Origin: Escherichia coli
GTDB lineage: Bacteria; Pseudomonadota; Gammaproteobacteria; Enterobacterales; Enterobacteriaceae
NCBI RefSeq assembly: GCF_024502345.1
Contig: NZ_JALDNN010000001.1
Direction: 5' to 3' (one strand)
Length of the DNA: 64,000 bases
A program made the position numbers and the translations under genes. Position 1 is the first letter of the stretch, and every line of letters starts with the position of its first letter. Below the pieces are notes generated by a model. The model was not told the DNA's origin. It made no database searches and saw nothing but the letters and a program-made list of their open reading frames with translations. Of the stretch, positions 36,711 through 48,996 are shown one piece after another.

Positions 36711-37834
36711 TGCGCCATTTACGCAATATTTTTAATCTGGGTATCAAAGAGTTGCGCAGTCTACTCGGTGATAAAGCGATGCTGACATTGATTGTCTTCT
36801 CGTTTACGGTGTCGGTGTATTCGTCAGCGACCGTGACGCCAGGATCGTTAAACCTCGCGCCGATCGCCATTGCCGATATGGATCAATCGCAGTTATCGAA
36901 CCGGATCGTTAACAGCTTCTATCGCCCGTGGTTTTTGCCACCGGAGATGATCACCGCCGATGAGATGGATGCCGGACTGGACGCCGGGCGTTATACCTTT
37001 GCGATAAATATTCCGCCTAATTTTCAGCGTGATGTCCTCGCCGGACGCCAGCCGGATATTCAGGTGAACGTCGATGCCACGCGCATGAGCCAGGCATTTA
37101 CCGGCAATGGGTATATCCAGAATATTATCAACGGTGAAGTGAACAGCTTTGTCGCGCGCTACCGTGATAATAGCGAGCCGTTGGTATCGCTGGAAACCCG
37201 GATGCGCTTTAACCCGAACCTCGATCCCGCGTGGTTTGGCGGGGTGATGGCGATCATCAACAACATTACTATGCTGGCGATTGTATTGACCGGATCGGCG
37301 CTGATCCGCGAGCGTGAACACGGCACGGTGGAACACTTACTGGTGATGCCGATAACGCCGTTTGAGATCATGATGGCGAAGGTCTGGTCGATGGGGCTAG
37401 TGGTGCTGGTGGTATCGGGATTATCGCTGGTGCTGATGGTGAAAGGCGTGCTGGGCGTACCGATTGAAGGCTCGATCCCGCTGTTTATGCTGGGCGTGGC
37501 GCTCAGTCTGTTTGCCACCACGTCAATCGGCATTTTTATGGGGACGATAGCGCGTTCAATGCCGCAACTGGGGCTGCTGGTGATTCTGGTGCTGCTGCCA
37601 CTGCAAATGCTTTCCGGTGGATCCACGCCGCGCGAAAGTATGCCGCAGATGGTGCAGGACATTATGCTGACCATGCCGACGACACACTTTGTTAGCCTCG
37701 CGCAGGCCATTCTCTACCGGGGTGCCGGATTCGAAATCGTCTGGCCGCAGTTCCTGACGCTGATGGCAATTGGCGGCGCGTTTTTCACCATTGCGCTGCT
37801 GCGATTCAGGAAGACGATTGGGACAATGGCGTAA
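36710..37834 (+). CDS. yhhJ: ABC-2 family transporter permease YhhJ, about 374 aa
   Basis: ORF 36626..37834; tandem ATGATG at 36707..36712 overlapping the rbbA stop; conserved N-terminus [19 protein letters not shown]. Confidence 0.9.
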   Translation: MRHLRNIFNLGIKELRSLLGDKAMLTLIVFSFTVSVYSSATVTPGSLNLAPIAIADMDQSQLSNRIVNSFYRPWFLPPEMITADEMDAGLDAGRYTFAINIPPNFQRDVLAGRQPDIQVNVDATRMSQAFTGNGYIQNIINGEVNSFVARYRDNSEPLVSLETRMRFNPNLDPAWFGGVMAIINNITMLAIVLTGSALIREREHGTVEHLLVMPITPFEIMMAKVWSMGLVVLVVSGLSLVLMVKGVLGVPIEGSIPLFMLGVALSLFATTSIGIFMGTIARSMPQLGLLVILVLLPLQMLSGGSTPRESMPQMVQDIMLTMPTTHFVSLAQAILYRGAGFEIVWPQFLTLMAIGGAFFTIALLRFRKTIGTMA

Positions 37835-37842
37835 GGAAGGGA

Positions 37843-37900
37843 ACTTGACTTCATACTGTGATGTCATACTATTGATGTCATAAAGTGAAGTCATAAGGAC
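37843..37900 (+). promoter_or_regulatory. Candidate promoter/operator upstream of the hicA-like gene
   Basis: Inverted repeat tgacttca (37846..37853) / tgaagtca (37886..37893) bracketing tandem gtcata repeats; aagga RBS before ATG 37906. Confidence 0.45.
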
Positions 37901-37905
37901 ATGCC

Positions 37906-38181
37906 ATGAGAACCAAGGTACAGGCTTTACGGAAGAAACAAAAAAATACATTGGATCAAATATTTAAAACTCCTGTTCCTCAAGGGATCAAGTGGTCTGA
38001 TATAGAGTCACTGGTTAAAGCATTAGGCGGAGAAATTAAGGAAGGAAGAGGTTCGCGTTGTAAGTTCATACTAAATATGAGCGTTGCGTGTTTCCATCGG
38101 CCTCATCCGTCGCCAGATACCGATAAAGGCGCTGTAGAAAGCGTGCGTGACTGGTTACTAAGTATAGGGGTAAAACCATGA
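37906..38181 (+). CDS. HicA-like (YcfA family) type II toxin, putative mRNA interferase, 91 aa
   Basis: Small ORF with HicA-like pattern (KWSDIESLVKALGGEIKEGRGSRCKF...FHRPHP...KGAVESVRDWLLSIG); 4-bp ATGA overlap with the downstream antitoxin-like ORF. Confidence 0.7.
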   Translation: MRTKVQALRKKQKNTLDQIFKTPVPQGIKWSDIESLVKALGGEIKEGRGSRCKFILNMSVACFHRPHPSPDTDKGAVESVRDWLLSIGVKP

Positions 38182-38537
38182 TCAAACTGAAGACGCCAAA
38201 CTCTATGGAGATTGCCGGGCAACCTGCTGTTATCACTTACGTGCCAGAACTGAATGCATTTCGTGGCAAATTCCTGGGCTTGTCAGGTTATTGTGATTTT
38301 GTCTCTGACAGCATTCAGGGGCTGCAAAAAGAAGGGGAACTTTCCCTGCGAGAGTATCTTGAGGATTGTAAAGCTGCGGGTATTGAGCCGTATGCGCGTA
38401 CAGAAAAGATTAAGACCTTTACGTTACGCTATCCAGAATCGCTGAGTGAACGCCTTAATAATGCGGCTGCGCAGCAACAAGTCTCTGTTAATACCTATAT
38501 TATTGAAACACTGAATGAGCGTTTGAATCATTTATAA
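38178..38537 (+). CDS. HicB-like type II antitoxin with C-terminal ribbon-helix-helix DNA-binding tail, 119 aa
   Basis: N-terminal HicB-like fold signature (YxGxxxxxxELNAFRGKFLGLSGYCDFVSDSIQGL...EYLEDCKAAGIEP) and C-terminal RHH-like segment (FTLRYPESLSERLNNAAAQQQVSVNTYIIETLNERL). Confidence 0.75.
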   Translation: MIKLKTPNSMEIAGQPAVITYVPELNAFRGKFLGLSGYCDFVSDSIQGLQKEGELSLREYLEDCKAAGIEPYARTEKIKTFTLRYPESLSERLNNAAAQQQVSVNTYIIETLNERLNHL

Positions 38538-38591
38538 ATTTTAGCGGCGTACATTACGCAGAATATCTGCCTTTACAGGATCTATCTATGC

Positions 38592-38624
38592 AACTGAACT
38601 TAATTTTATAAATTAAGTTCAGTT
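38592..38624. terminator. Perfect 15-bp inverted repeat with 3-nt spacer (candidate hicAB terminator or recombination/binding site)
   Basis: aactgaacttaattt-tat-aaattaagttcagtt read directly; T-rich tract follows on the plus strand. Confidence 0.5.
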
Positions 38625-38656
38625 AATATCTTTTCTTTCCTCGTTTTAGAAATAAC

Positions 38657-41460
<2,804 letters not shown>

Positions 41461-41464
<4 letters not shown>

Positions 41465-42405
41465 GCGTGCGCTCCTTCATGACGACGAATGCGCGGGTCC
41501 AGCGCGGCGTTGAGCAAATCGACAATCAAATTACAGACCACAAAAACCACCACCATCATCAGCGTAAAGCACTGAATCACCGGATAGTCACGGTTAAAAA
41601 TCGCCGACACCGCATAGCGCCCGACGCCCGGCCAGGCAAAGATGTTTTCGATAATCATCGTCCCGCCAATCAGTTCGCCGATGTGCATCCCCACGGCGGT
41701 GATCATCGGCAGCGAGGCATTGCGCAGAATATGGCGGCGTTCGGTCTGTTTGTCGTTCAGGCCGCGCAGACGCGCCCAGGTGACGTGACGCTGACCGGCG
41801 ACGTCCAGCATACTGGCGCGCAGTAAACGCGCGTTAATCGCCAGCGACATAAAGGCAATGGAAACCGCAGGCAAAATGATGTGCTGCCAGCCGCCGTAGC
41901 CCATCGCGGGTAGCCATTGCAGATACACCGAAAACGCCATCACCAGTAAAAACGCCAGCCAGAAGTTAGGCATCGACACGCCAAGAAATGCGATGAAACG
42001 TACGGCGAAATCCGGCAGACGGTCGCGATGGCGCGCCGCCCAGATACCGAGCGGTACGGAAGTGAGCAGAATTAATACCAGCGCCGCACCTGCAAGTTCC
42101 AGCGTGGCGGGCAGGAAGTTCAGCATATCGTCCAGTACCGGGCGTTGGCTGGCGAATGAGATACCAAAGTCAAGATGCAGCGCCTTCCACAACCAGGTGC
42201 CGTACTGGACGTACAGCGGCTGATCCAGTCCCAGCATGGTGCGGGTAGAGGCCAGCATCTCCGGCGTCGGCGGCAGGTTAGACAGACGCAAATAATCGAG
42301 CGCCGGGTCGCCGGTACCGAGGCGCAGCATCAGAAAAATGATCACCGAGGCGGCGAGCACCATCGGGATCAGCAGCAGAAAGCGGCGTAATACGTAACGC
42401 AACAT
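41461..42405 (-). CDS. nikB: Nickel ABC transporter permease NikB, 314 aa
   Basis: Polytopic permease ORF of the OppB/DppB type, [24 protein letters not shown]... Confidence 0.93.
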
Positions 42406-43979
42406 TAAGGTTTCACCGGTTTAATCTGTTCGAACGGAATTTCGGTGGCGATCGGCGCGTAGGGGATGTTACCCAGCTCCGGTTTTGATACCACCATCAT
42501 TGAGATGTAACTGATAGGCAGATAAACCGCCTCGTCATGCAGACGGGTCAGAATGTCGCGATACAGCGCCTGACGTTGCGTTTCGTCATGGGTCGCCAGC
42601 ACTTCGCCGATCTCTTTATCAATCAGCGGTTTGTCGGCTAATCCTTGCTGTGCCTGGAAGTCAGCGTGTGACGGTACGCGCATTGAACTGAGGAAGGCGT
42701 GTGGATCGTATGGCGCGCCCCAGGTGCGGTGGAAAATCATGCCAAAACGACCGTCGCGCTGACGAGCATAGATACTGCTCTCTTCTTCGCCAATCAGCGA
42801 GACATCTGCGCCAATCTGGCGCATATCAGCCTGAATGATTTCCGCCATCGATTTGCTTAACGCATCGGTGCCGATGAACGACAGTTCAATGCGCAGCGGC
42901 TGACCATTTTTCTCGCGGATGTCTTTGCCCGCAGGCAGCGTCCAACCGGCTTTTTCCAGCAACTCTTTTGCTTTCTGCGGATCGTACTGGCGCGGTTTCA
43001 GGCCGAGGTTGGCGTAGGGCACAGAAGGGGCAAACAGGGTGTCGGCGACCTGCTGGGTGCCATACAACGCGTTATCAATCAGCGATTTTTTGTTTACCGC
43101 GTAATTAAGAGCTTCACGTACTGCCAGCTCGTTGGTGGGGGCTTTGGCGGTATTGAGCGCCAGCATCACGGTTTCGATCGGCTGTGACAGTTGGGTGTGG
43201 TAAGCCGGATTCTGGCTAAAGCGGGCGAAGGTATCGAGCGGTAATAACCCTTCGTTTCCGTACAGCAGGTCGATATCGCCAGTTTCAAACGCCACCGCGC
43301 GGGTAGTCGGGTCCGGGATGACGTTAAAAGTGATCTTCTTAATCGCCGGCTTTTCGCCCCAGTAGTTTTCGTTACGGACGAAGACATCGTACTGATTCAG
43401 TTTCGATTCCTGCAAAATCCACGGTCCGGTGCCAATCGGCGCTTTAATTCCGTTCATGGTTTCATGGTTTTTAAACTGCGAGGGGGCGATAAAACGGAAA
43501 GGGCGCGGCAGGGCCAGTTCTTGCAGGAAAGGATAGTAGGCGCTTTTCAGGGTGATTTGCAGCTCTGTTTTACTGAGTGCTTTAACATCAACAATCTGGT
43601 TTGCCAGCTCCAGCCAGGCGTGACGTTGACGGTTATCGAGCACTGCGCGGAAGTTTTCTGCCGCCGCCTCTGCATCAAACGGTTCGCCGTTAGAGAATTT
43701 CACGTCATCACGCAGGGTGAAGGTCCAGGTTTTACCATTTTCCGAATGGGTCCAGCTTTTTGCCAGCCACGGGATCACCGAACCGTCTGCCTGATACTTC
43801 ACCAATGGTTCATAAACCATGCTCTGGGCGAACATCTGGTTAGGCGTGTAAAGGTGCGGGTTTAGTGGCCCGACATTCACCGGCCAGGCGGTGGTGATTT
43901 CATCTGGTGCAGCGGCATGGACGATAAAAGACGCACAAGCCAGCAGCGCAAATAGAGTGCGGCGGAGTGTGGAGAGCAT
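42405..43979 (-). CDS. nikA: Periplasmic nickel-binding protein NikA, 524 aa
   Basis: ORF with signal peptide, family-5 solute-binding protein; first gene of the nik operon. Confidence 0.95.
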
Positions 43980-44016
43980 GGTAACCCCAATGGATTAAAA
44001 TAGATGGCGGAAATCA

Positions 44017-44044
44017 GTATGACGATTTTAAGTATTCGTCATAC
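44017..44044. promoter_or_regulatory. NikR operator in the nikA promoter (GTATGA-N16-TCATAC)
   Basis: gtatgacgattttaagtattcgtcatac located 38 bp upstream of the nikA start codon; matches the known NikR dyad. Confidence 0.85.
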
Positions 44045-44089
44045 TGATTACCTGTTCTGGATCAATAGATGGGCAGTCGGGTGGGCGGA

Positions 44090-44677
44090 TCAGTTAACTG
44101 AATCGATCCATTGCACACTGTCGGCGGAGAGCGTAAAGGGGGTAGGGGTGCAGATCGCCAGACTTAAATTTTCCAGCTGACAATGGCTGACTGACAGCGA
44201 GGAGTGATAGGTGCTATCTACGCTGACGATTTGCCAGGCGCTGCCGCCACGCTGTTTAACGATGGCTTCTTTGCGCGTCCAGATGCGCCAGAACATTTCC
44301 AGTTGCTGATCAGGATGCACGGCGTCCATTTCAGCGTGTTCCCCGAGGCTGAACACGGCGTTCGCCAGCCAGCGCCAGTTGGCGCGCGGGCGAATCACTT
44401 CGATATCGCAGCCGACTTCGCCTTCATCGCTCAACAGCAGAGCGATATCGTCACCGCTATGGCTTAAGTTGAACCATAGCGGCGTTTCCGGCGCGAATGC
44501 AGGTTTGCCTTGTTCGCCATAGATGATCTCCGGTAGCGGGGAAAGCGTGTGCGAAAGCAATGCACGCCCCGCCAGCCAGCGTTCGCGTCGTGGACCTTGC
44601 GGTGCTTGCTCGCGTAAACCCGGTGGCAGTGGAGCTGCGCTTAAGGTCGAAACTTTCCCCAGAACTATCCGATACAT
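44090..44677 (-). CDS. acpT: 4'-phosphopantetheinyl transferase AcpT, 195 aa
   Basis: ORF translation MYRIVLGKVSTLSAAPLPPGLREQAPQGPRRERWLAGRALLSHTLSPLPEIIYGEQGKPAF... Confidence 0.93.
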   Translation of the reverse strand: MYRIVLGKVSTLSAAPLPPGLREQAPQGPRRERWLAGRALLSHTLSPLPEIIYGEQGKPAFAPETPLWFNLSHSGDDIALLLSDEGEVGCDIEVIRPRANWRWLANAVFSLGEHAEMDAVHPDQQLEMFWRIWTRKEAIVKQRGGSAWQIVSVDSTYHSSLSVSHCQLENLSLAICTPTPFTLSADSVQWIDSVN

Positions 44678-44731
44678 ATCAGGGCCAACGTTTAATGGAA
44701 AATGAAAGTGCGTATCGTATCACTTGTCGCC

Positions 44732-45781
44732 TCATCCCGGTAACCGACTTTTCGGTCTGCCTGGCCCCAGTAAAATCGCCAGTTTGCTACCGCCTTTGGT
44801 GGTTTCCATCCAGATTTTACACACGCTGGTTAATGGCACCGAAAGTAGCATCCCTACCGGGCCGAGCAGCCATCCCCAAATTAACAATGAAAGAAATACC
44901 ACCATGGTGGACATCCCCAGGCGATGGCCCATCATCCGTGGTTCTAAAATATTGCCGATGACCATATGGACCACTAAAAACAATGCGCCGACCAGAATAC
45001 ATTCGTAAACACCATTAAACAGCAGCACCTGAATCATTGGCGGTACGGCGGAAATTACCGCGCCGATATTGGGCACGTAGTTGAGCAAAAACGCCAGTAC
45101 TGCCCACATCAGCGCAAACTGCACCCCCATCAGCTCCAGCCCCAGCCAGACGATGACACCTGTCCATAAACTGAGTAGCGTCTTCAATGCAAGATAGTGC
45201 GAAACGCCTTTAAGTGCGCGGTGTAATCCTGCGATGTGAATCTGTGGGTTATTCAGCGCAAAACGCATTTTGTAAGGGACGTGGCGCACTTCAAACAGCA
45301 TAAAAACTACGGTCATCACCAGCAAAAGCACGCTCGCCATTGCCCCGGAAAGCCCGGTCATTAGCGCTGTGGTGAAGGTAACCACTTTTTCCGAGTCCAT
45401 CCGCTGCAGCATTCGCTCCGGCGACATATGCAAATTAAGAAAAGGCAACATCTCCTGCAATTTAAAAAGTTTGCGCGTCAGCTCCTTATTAAACTTCGGC
45501 AGCATAGAGATAAATTCGTTAAACGATGCCGCCAGTACGCCGACCAGCGCGGTTAGTGCGATCAGCATCACCACCACTACAATCGTAATGGCAACGGGGC
45601 GTTGTACTCCCCGACGAATAAACCAGGTAACGAGCGGGTTGAGGACGATGGCAAAAAACAGCGCCAGTAACAGCTGCACAATGATATCTGCCGCTGCGTG
45701 AATGCCCGCGAGGATCACTACCAGCGAGGCCAACTTGAGCAGAATGTGCATGCCCGTTTTATCGGGTTGAGGGGTTTCCAT
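44732..45781 (-). CDS. yhhT: AI-2E family transporter YhhT, 349 aa
   Basis: ORF 44732..45862 trimmed to the ATG giving METPQPDKTGMHILLKLASLVVILAG... Confidence 0.88.
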   Translation of the reverse strand: METPQPDKTGMHILLKLASLVVILAGIHAAADIIVQLLLALFFAIVLNPLVTWFIRRGVQRPVAITIVVVVMLIALTALVGVLAASFNEFISMLPKFNKELTRKLFKLQEMLPFLNLHMSPERMLQRMDSEKVVTFTTALMTGLSGAMASVLLLVMTVVFMLFEVRHVPYKMRFALNNPQIHIAGLHRALKGVSHYLALKTLLSLWTGVIVWLGLELMGVQFALMWAVLAFLLNYVPNIGAVISAVPPMIQVLLFNGVYECILVGALFLVVHMVIGNILEPRMMGHRLGMSTMVVFLSLLIWGWLLGPVGMLLSVPLTSVCKIWMETTKGGSKLAILLGPGRPKSRLPG

Positions 45782-45912
45782 TGGGGCTTCCTTGTGACTT
45801 TTTGTGTTAAGTGTAGCGGGAGTCACGCCAGCAATATTCTGATTCTTACTGCTGATTTTCACGTCAGCACGTGGTAAAAATGAAACACTGTTGTAAAAAT
45901 GTGGTGATCCTC

Positions 45913-47130
45913 ATGCCCGAACCCGTAGCCGAACCCGCGCTAAACGGATTGCGCCTGAATTTGCGCATTGTCTCTATAGTCATGTTTAACTTCGCCAGCT
46001 ACCTCACCATCGGGTTGCCGCTCGCTGTATTACCGGGCTATGTCCATGATGTGATGGGCTTTAGCGCCTTCTGGGCAGGATTGGTTATCAGCCTGCAATA
46101 TTTCGCCACCTTGCTGAGCCGCCCTCATGCCGGACGTTACGCCGATTTGCTGGGACCCAAAAAGATTGTCGTCTTCGGTTTATGCGGCTGCTTTTTGAGC
46201 GGTCTGGGATATCTGACGGCAGGATTAACCGCCAGTCTGCCCGTCATCAGCCTGTTATTACTTTGCCTGGGACGCGTGATCCTTGGGATTGGGCAAAGTT
46301 TTGCCGGAACGGGATCGACCCTGTGGGGTGTTGGCGTGGTTGGCTCGCTGCATATCGGGCGGGTGATTTCGTGGAACGGTATTGTCACTTACGGGGCGAT
46401 GGCGATGGGTGCGCCGTTAGGCGTCGTGTTTTATCACTGGGGCGGCTTGCAGGCGTTAGCGTTAATCATTATGGGCGTGGCGCTGGTGGCCATTTTGTTG
46501 GCGCTCCCGCGTCCGACGGTAAAAGCCAGTAAAGGCAAACCGCTGCCGTTTCGCGCGGTGCTTGGGCGCGTCTGGCTGTACGGTATGGCGCTGGCACTGG
46601 CTTCCGCCGGATTTGGCGTCATCGCCACCTTTATCACGCTGTTTTATGACGCTAAAGGTTGGGACGGTGCGGCTTTCGCGCTGACGCTGTTTAGCTGTGC
46701 GTTTGTCGGTACGCGTTTGTTATTCCCTAACGGCATTAACCGTATCGGCGGCTTAAACGTAGCGATGATTTGCTTTAGCGTTGAGATAATCGGCCTGCTA
46801 CTGGTTGGCGTGGCGACTATGCCGTGGATGGCGAAAATCGGCGTCTTACTGGCGGGGGCCGGGTTTTCGCTGGTGTTCCCGGCATTGGGTGTAGTGGCGG
46901 TAAAAGCGGTTCCGCAGCAAAATCAGGGGGCGGCGCTGGCAACTTACACCGTATTTATGGATTTATCGCTTGGCGTGACTGGACCACTGGCTGGGCTGGT
47001 GATGAGCTGGGCGGGCGTACCGGTGATTTATCTGGCGGCGGCGGGACTGGTCGCAATCGCGTTATTACTGACGTGGCGATTAAAAAAACGGCCTCCGGAA
47101 CACGTCCCTGAGGCCGTCTCATCATCTTAA
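45913..47130 (+). CDS. yhhS: MFS transporter YhhS, 405 aa
   Basis: ORF 45871..47130 trimmed to ATG at 45913 (MPEPVAEPALNGLRLNLRIVSIVMFNF...); 12-TM MFS topology. Confidence 0.88.
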   Translation: MPEPVAEPALNGLRLNLRIVSIVMFNFASYLTIGLPLAVLPGYVHDVMGFSAFWAGLVISLQYFATLLSRPHAGRYADLLGPKKIVVFGLCGCFLSGLGYLTAGLTASLPVISLLLLCLGRVILGIGQSFAGTGSTLWGVGVVGSLHIGRVISWNGIVTYGAMAMGAPLGVVFYHWGGLQALALIIMGVALVAILLALPRPTVKASKGKPLPFRAVLGRVWLYGMALALASAGFGVIATFITLFYDAKGWDGAAFALTLFSCAFVGTRLLFPNGINRIGGLNVAMICFSVEIIGLLLVGVATMPWMAKIGVLLAGAGFSLVFPALGVVAVKAVPQQNQGAALATYTVFMDLSLGVTGPLAGLVMSWAGVPVIYLAAAGLVAIALLLTWRLKKRPPEHVPEAVSSS

Positions 47131-47133
47131 AAC

Positions 47134-47691
47134 TTACTGAATAACCAGCGTATTAATGATGTTTTCTGCAGTGGTCTGCGCTTTTTGCTGATCGTCAGCG
47201 GGCAGAGTAATTTGCATGGTCAGCAGTTGATTACCCACGTTACCCAGAATAACGGAAGAGTACGCCGTCTGGCCTTTCGCGGAGATAATACTGTCTAACT
47301 GCTGCATTTTGTGACCTTTCAGCTCAATGGCTTTATTGGTTACCACTTGCAGCTGCGGATCGCGGCTACGTTGCTGATCTTCAAGACGCTTCGCCAACAC
47401 CGCCAGATCTTCTTTCGGATCATCGCCCATGATGACGATGACTGCTTTCTGCCCGGTGGCGTCGGACCAGACATGCATGTTATTGGCCTGCGTTCCCAGC
47501 TTACCGCTCTGGTCGGTCATATCCGCTGGCAGCGAGAAACTTAACTTGCCATCAAGCAGGTTGACGGGATTCCCGGTAGCGTTACTTTCCGCGACCGAAC
47601 CCTGCGCCGTAGCGTTAGTGTCTTTATCATCACAGGCCGCAAGCCCCATAACCAGCAGGCCAATTCCGACATATTTAACCAGATTGCGCAT
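47134..47691 (-). CDS. dcrB: Periplasmic lipoprotein DcrB, 185 aa
   Basis: ORF 47134..47745 trimmed to the ATG giving [22 protein letters not shown] (lipoprotein signal). Confidence 0.9.
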
Positions 47692-47763
47692 TGACTTCTT
47701 CCTTTCGATAAACGGCCATAACGGCTCATTCATCCATCTTATCACAACTCTGATAACGAACCT

Positions 47764-48429
47764 TTAACTCGCCTGCAAAGCGTTGATTTCGGATTTATCT
47801 GCCAGTCTTTTCAACAGCATATTGAGTAATACGCCATACATTGGCAGGAAGAAAACGATACTGATTAACACTTTGAAACAGTAATCGACCAGCGCGATTT
47901 CCATCCAGTGTTCAGCCATAAAGGCATCCGGGCTACGCCAGAAGGCAATGAAGAAAAAGGCCAGCGTGTCGCTGACGTTACCGAACAGTGTGGACGCTGT
48001 CGGTGCCAGCCACCAGCGGCGACTCTGACGCAGGCGGTTAAAAACGTGCACGTCGAGGATCTGTCCCAGCGCGTAGGCCATGAAACTGGCGGTGGCGATA
48101 CGGGCGACAAACAGGTTGAAGTGGGCGAGTGCGCCGAATCCCTGCCATGAACCCATATAGAATAGCGACGAGATGACGTAGGAGATCAGCAATGCCGGGA
48201 TCATCACCGCAAAGATGATACGACGGGCCAGCGGTGCGCCAAAAATACGTACGGTCAGGTCGGTAGCGAGAAAGATAAACGGAAAGCTAAACGCGCCCCA
48301 GGTGGTATGGAAACCAAAAATGGAGACGGGAAGCTGAACCAGATAGTTACTGGAGGTGATCACCAGAAGATGAAATAACGATAACCAGAACAACGCCTTA
48401 TAGCGTTGCGTTTGCGAGAAAACGTTCAT
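47764..48429 (-). CDS. yhhQ: Queuosine-precursor transporter YhhQ, 221 aa
   Basis: ORF translation MNVFSQTQRYKALFWLSLFHLLVITSSNYLVQLPVSIFGFHTTWGAFSF... Confidence 0.93.
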   Translation of the reverse strand: MNVFSQTQRYKALFWLSLFHLLVITSSNYLVQLPVSIFGFHTTWGAFSFPFIFLATDLTVRIFGAPLARRIIFAVMIPALLISYVISSLFYMGSWQGFGALAHFNLFVARIATASFMAYALGQILDVHVFNRLRQSRRWWLAPTASTLFGNVSDTLAFFFIAFWRSPDAFMAEHWMEIALVDYCFKVLISIVFFLPMYGVLLNMLLKRLADKSEINALQAS

Positions 48430-48649
48430 ATTGTACCTTTTTGATTAACCATTGGGGTGAGGGAACCCAATACGTACGACACGTCTGTTACCTTAACATA
48501 ATAACGTGCTTACCCTTTTTTCGAGCCGCCGCATGATACTGCTTTACGTTGACAATGCAATGGTTAATTTTCACGCAATCGTTAACCTGGTTTGCTTACG
48601 GACTCACAGGGCGTAAACTAGCGCCGTTTTTTTATGTGATGAGAAGAAA

Positions 48650-48895
48650 ATGACCGATCTCTTTTCCAGCCCTGACCACACACTCGACGCACTTGGCCTG
48701 CGCTGCCCGGAACCAGTCATGATGGTGCGCAAAACAGTGCGCAATATGCAGCCAGGTGAAACGTTGCTGATTATTGCTGACGATCCGGCGACGACCCGCG
48801 ATATTCCTGGGTTTTGTACCTTTATGGAACACGAACTGGTTGCTAAAGAGACGGATGGACTGCCTTATCGTTATTTGATTCGTAAAGGCGGTTGA
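48650..48895 (+). CDS. tusA: Sulfurtransferase TusA, 81 aa
   Basis: ORF translation [53 protein letters not shown]... (CPxP active site). Confidence 0.97.
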
Positions 48896-48929
48896 TGGGG
48901 AAAGATTGGCTTCGATGCCGCCTTTTCCC

Positions 48930-48990
48930 CTCACCCTAACCCTCTCCCCAGAGGAGCGAGGGGACCGATCGCGCTCAATGTTGCGATCGG
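48930..48990. repeat. GC-rich structured intergenic element between convergent tusA and zntA
   Basis: cctcaccctaaccctctccccagaggagcgagggga followed by an 8-bp stem ccgatcgc ... gcgatcgg; no flanking T-run; family not identified. Confidence 0.4.
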
Positions 48991-48996
48991 TTTGCC

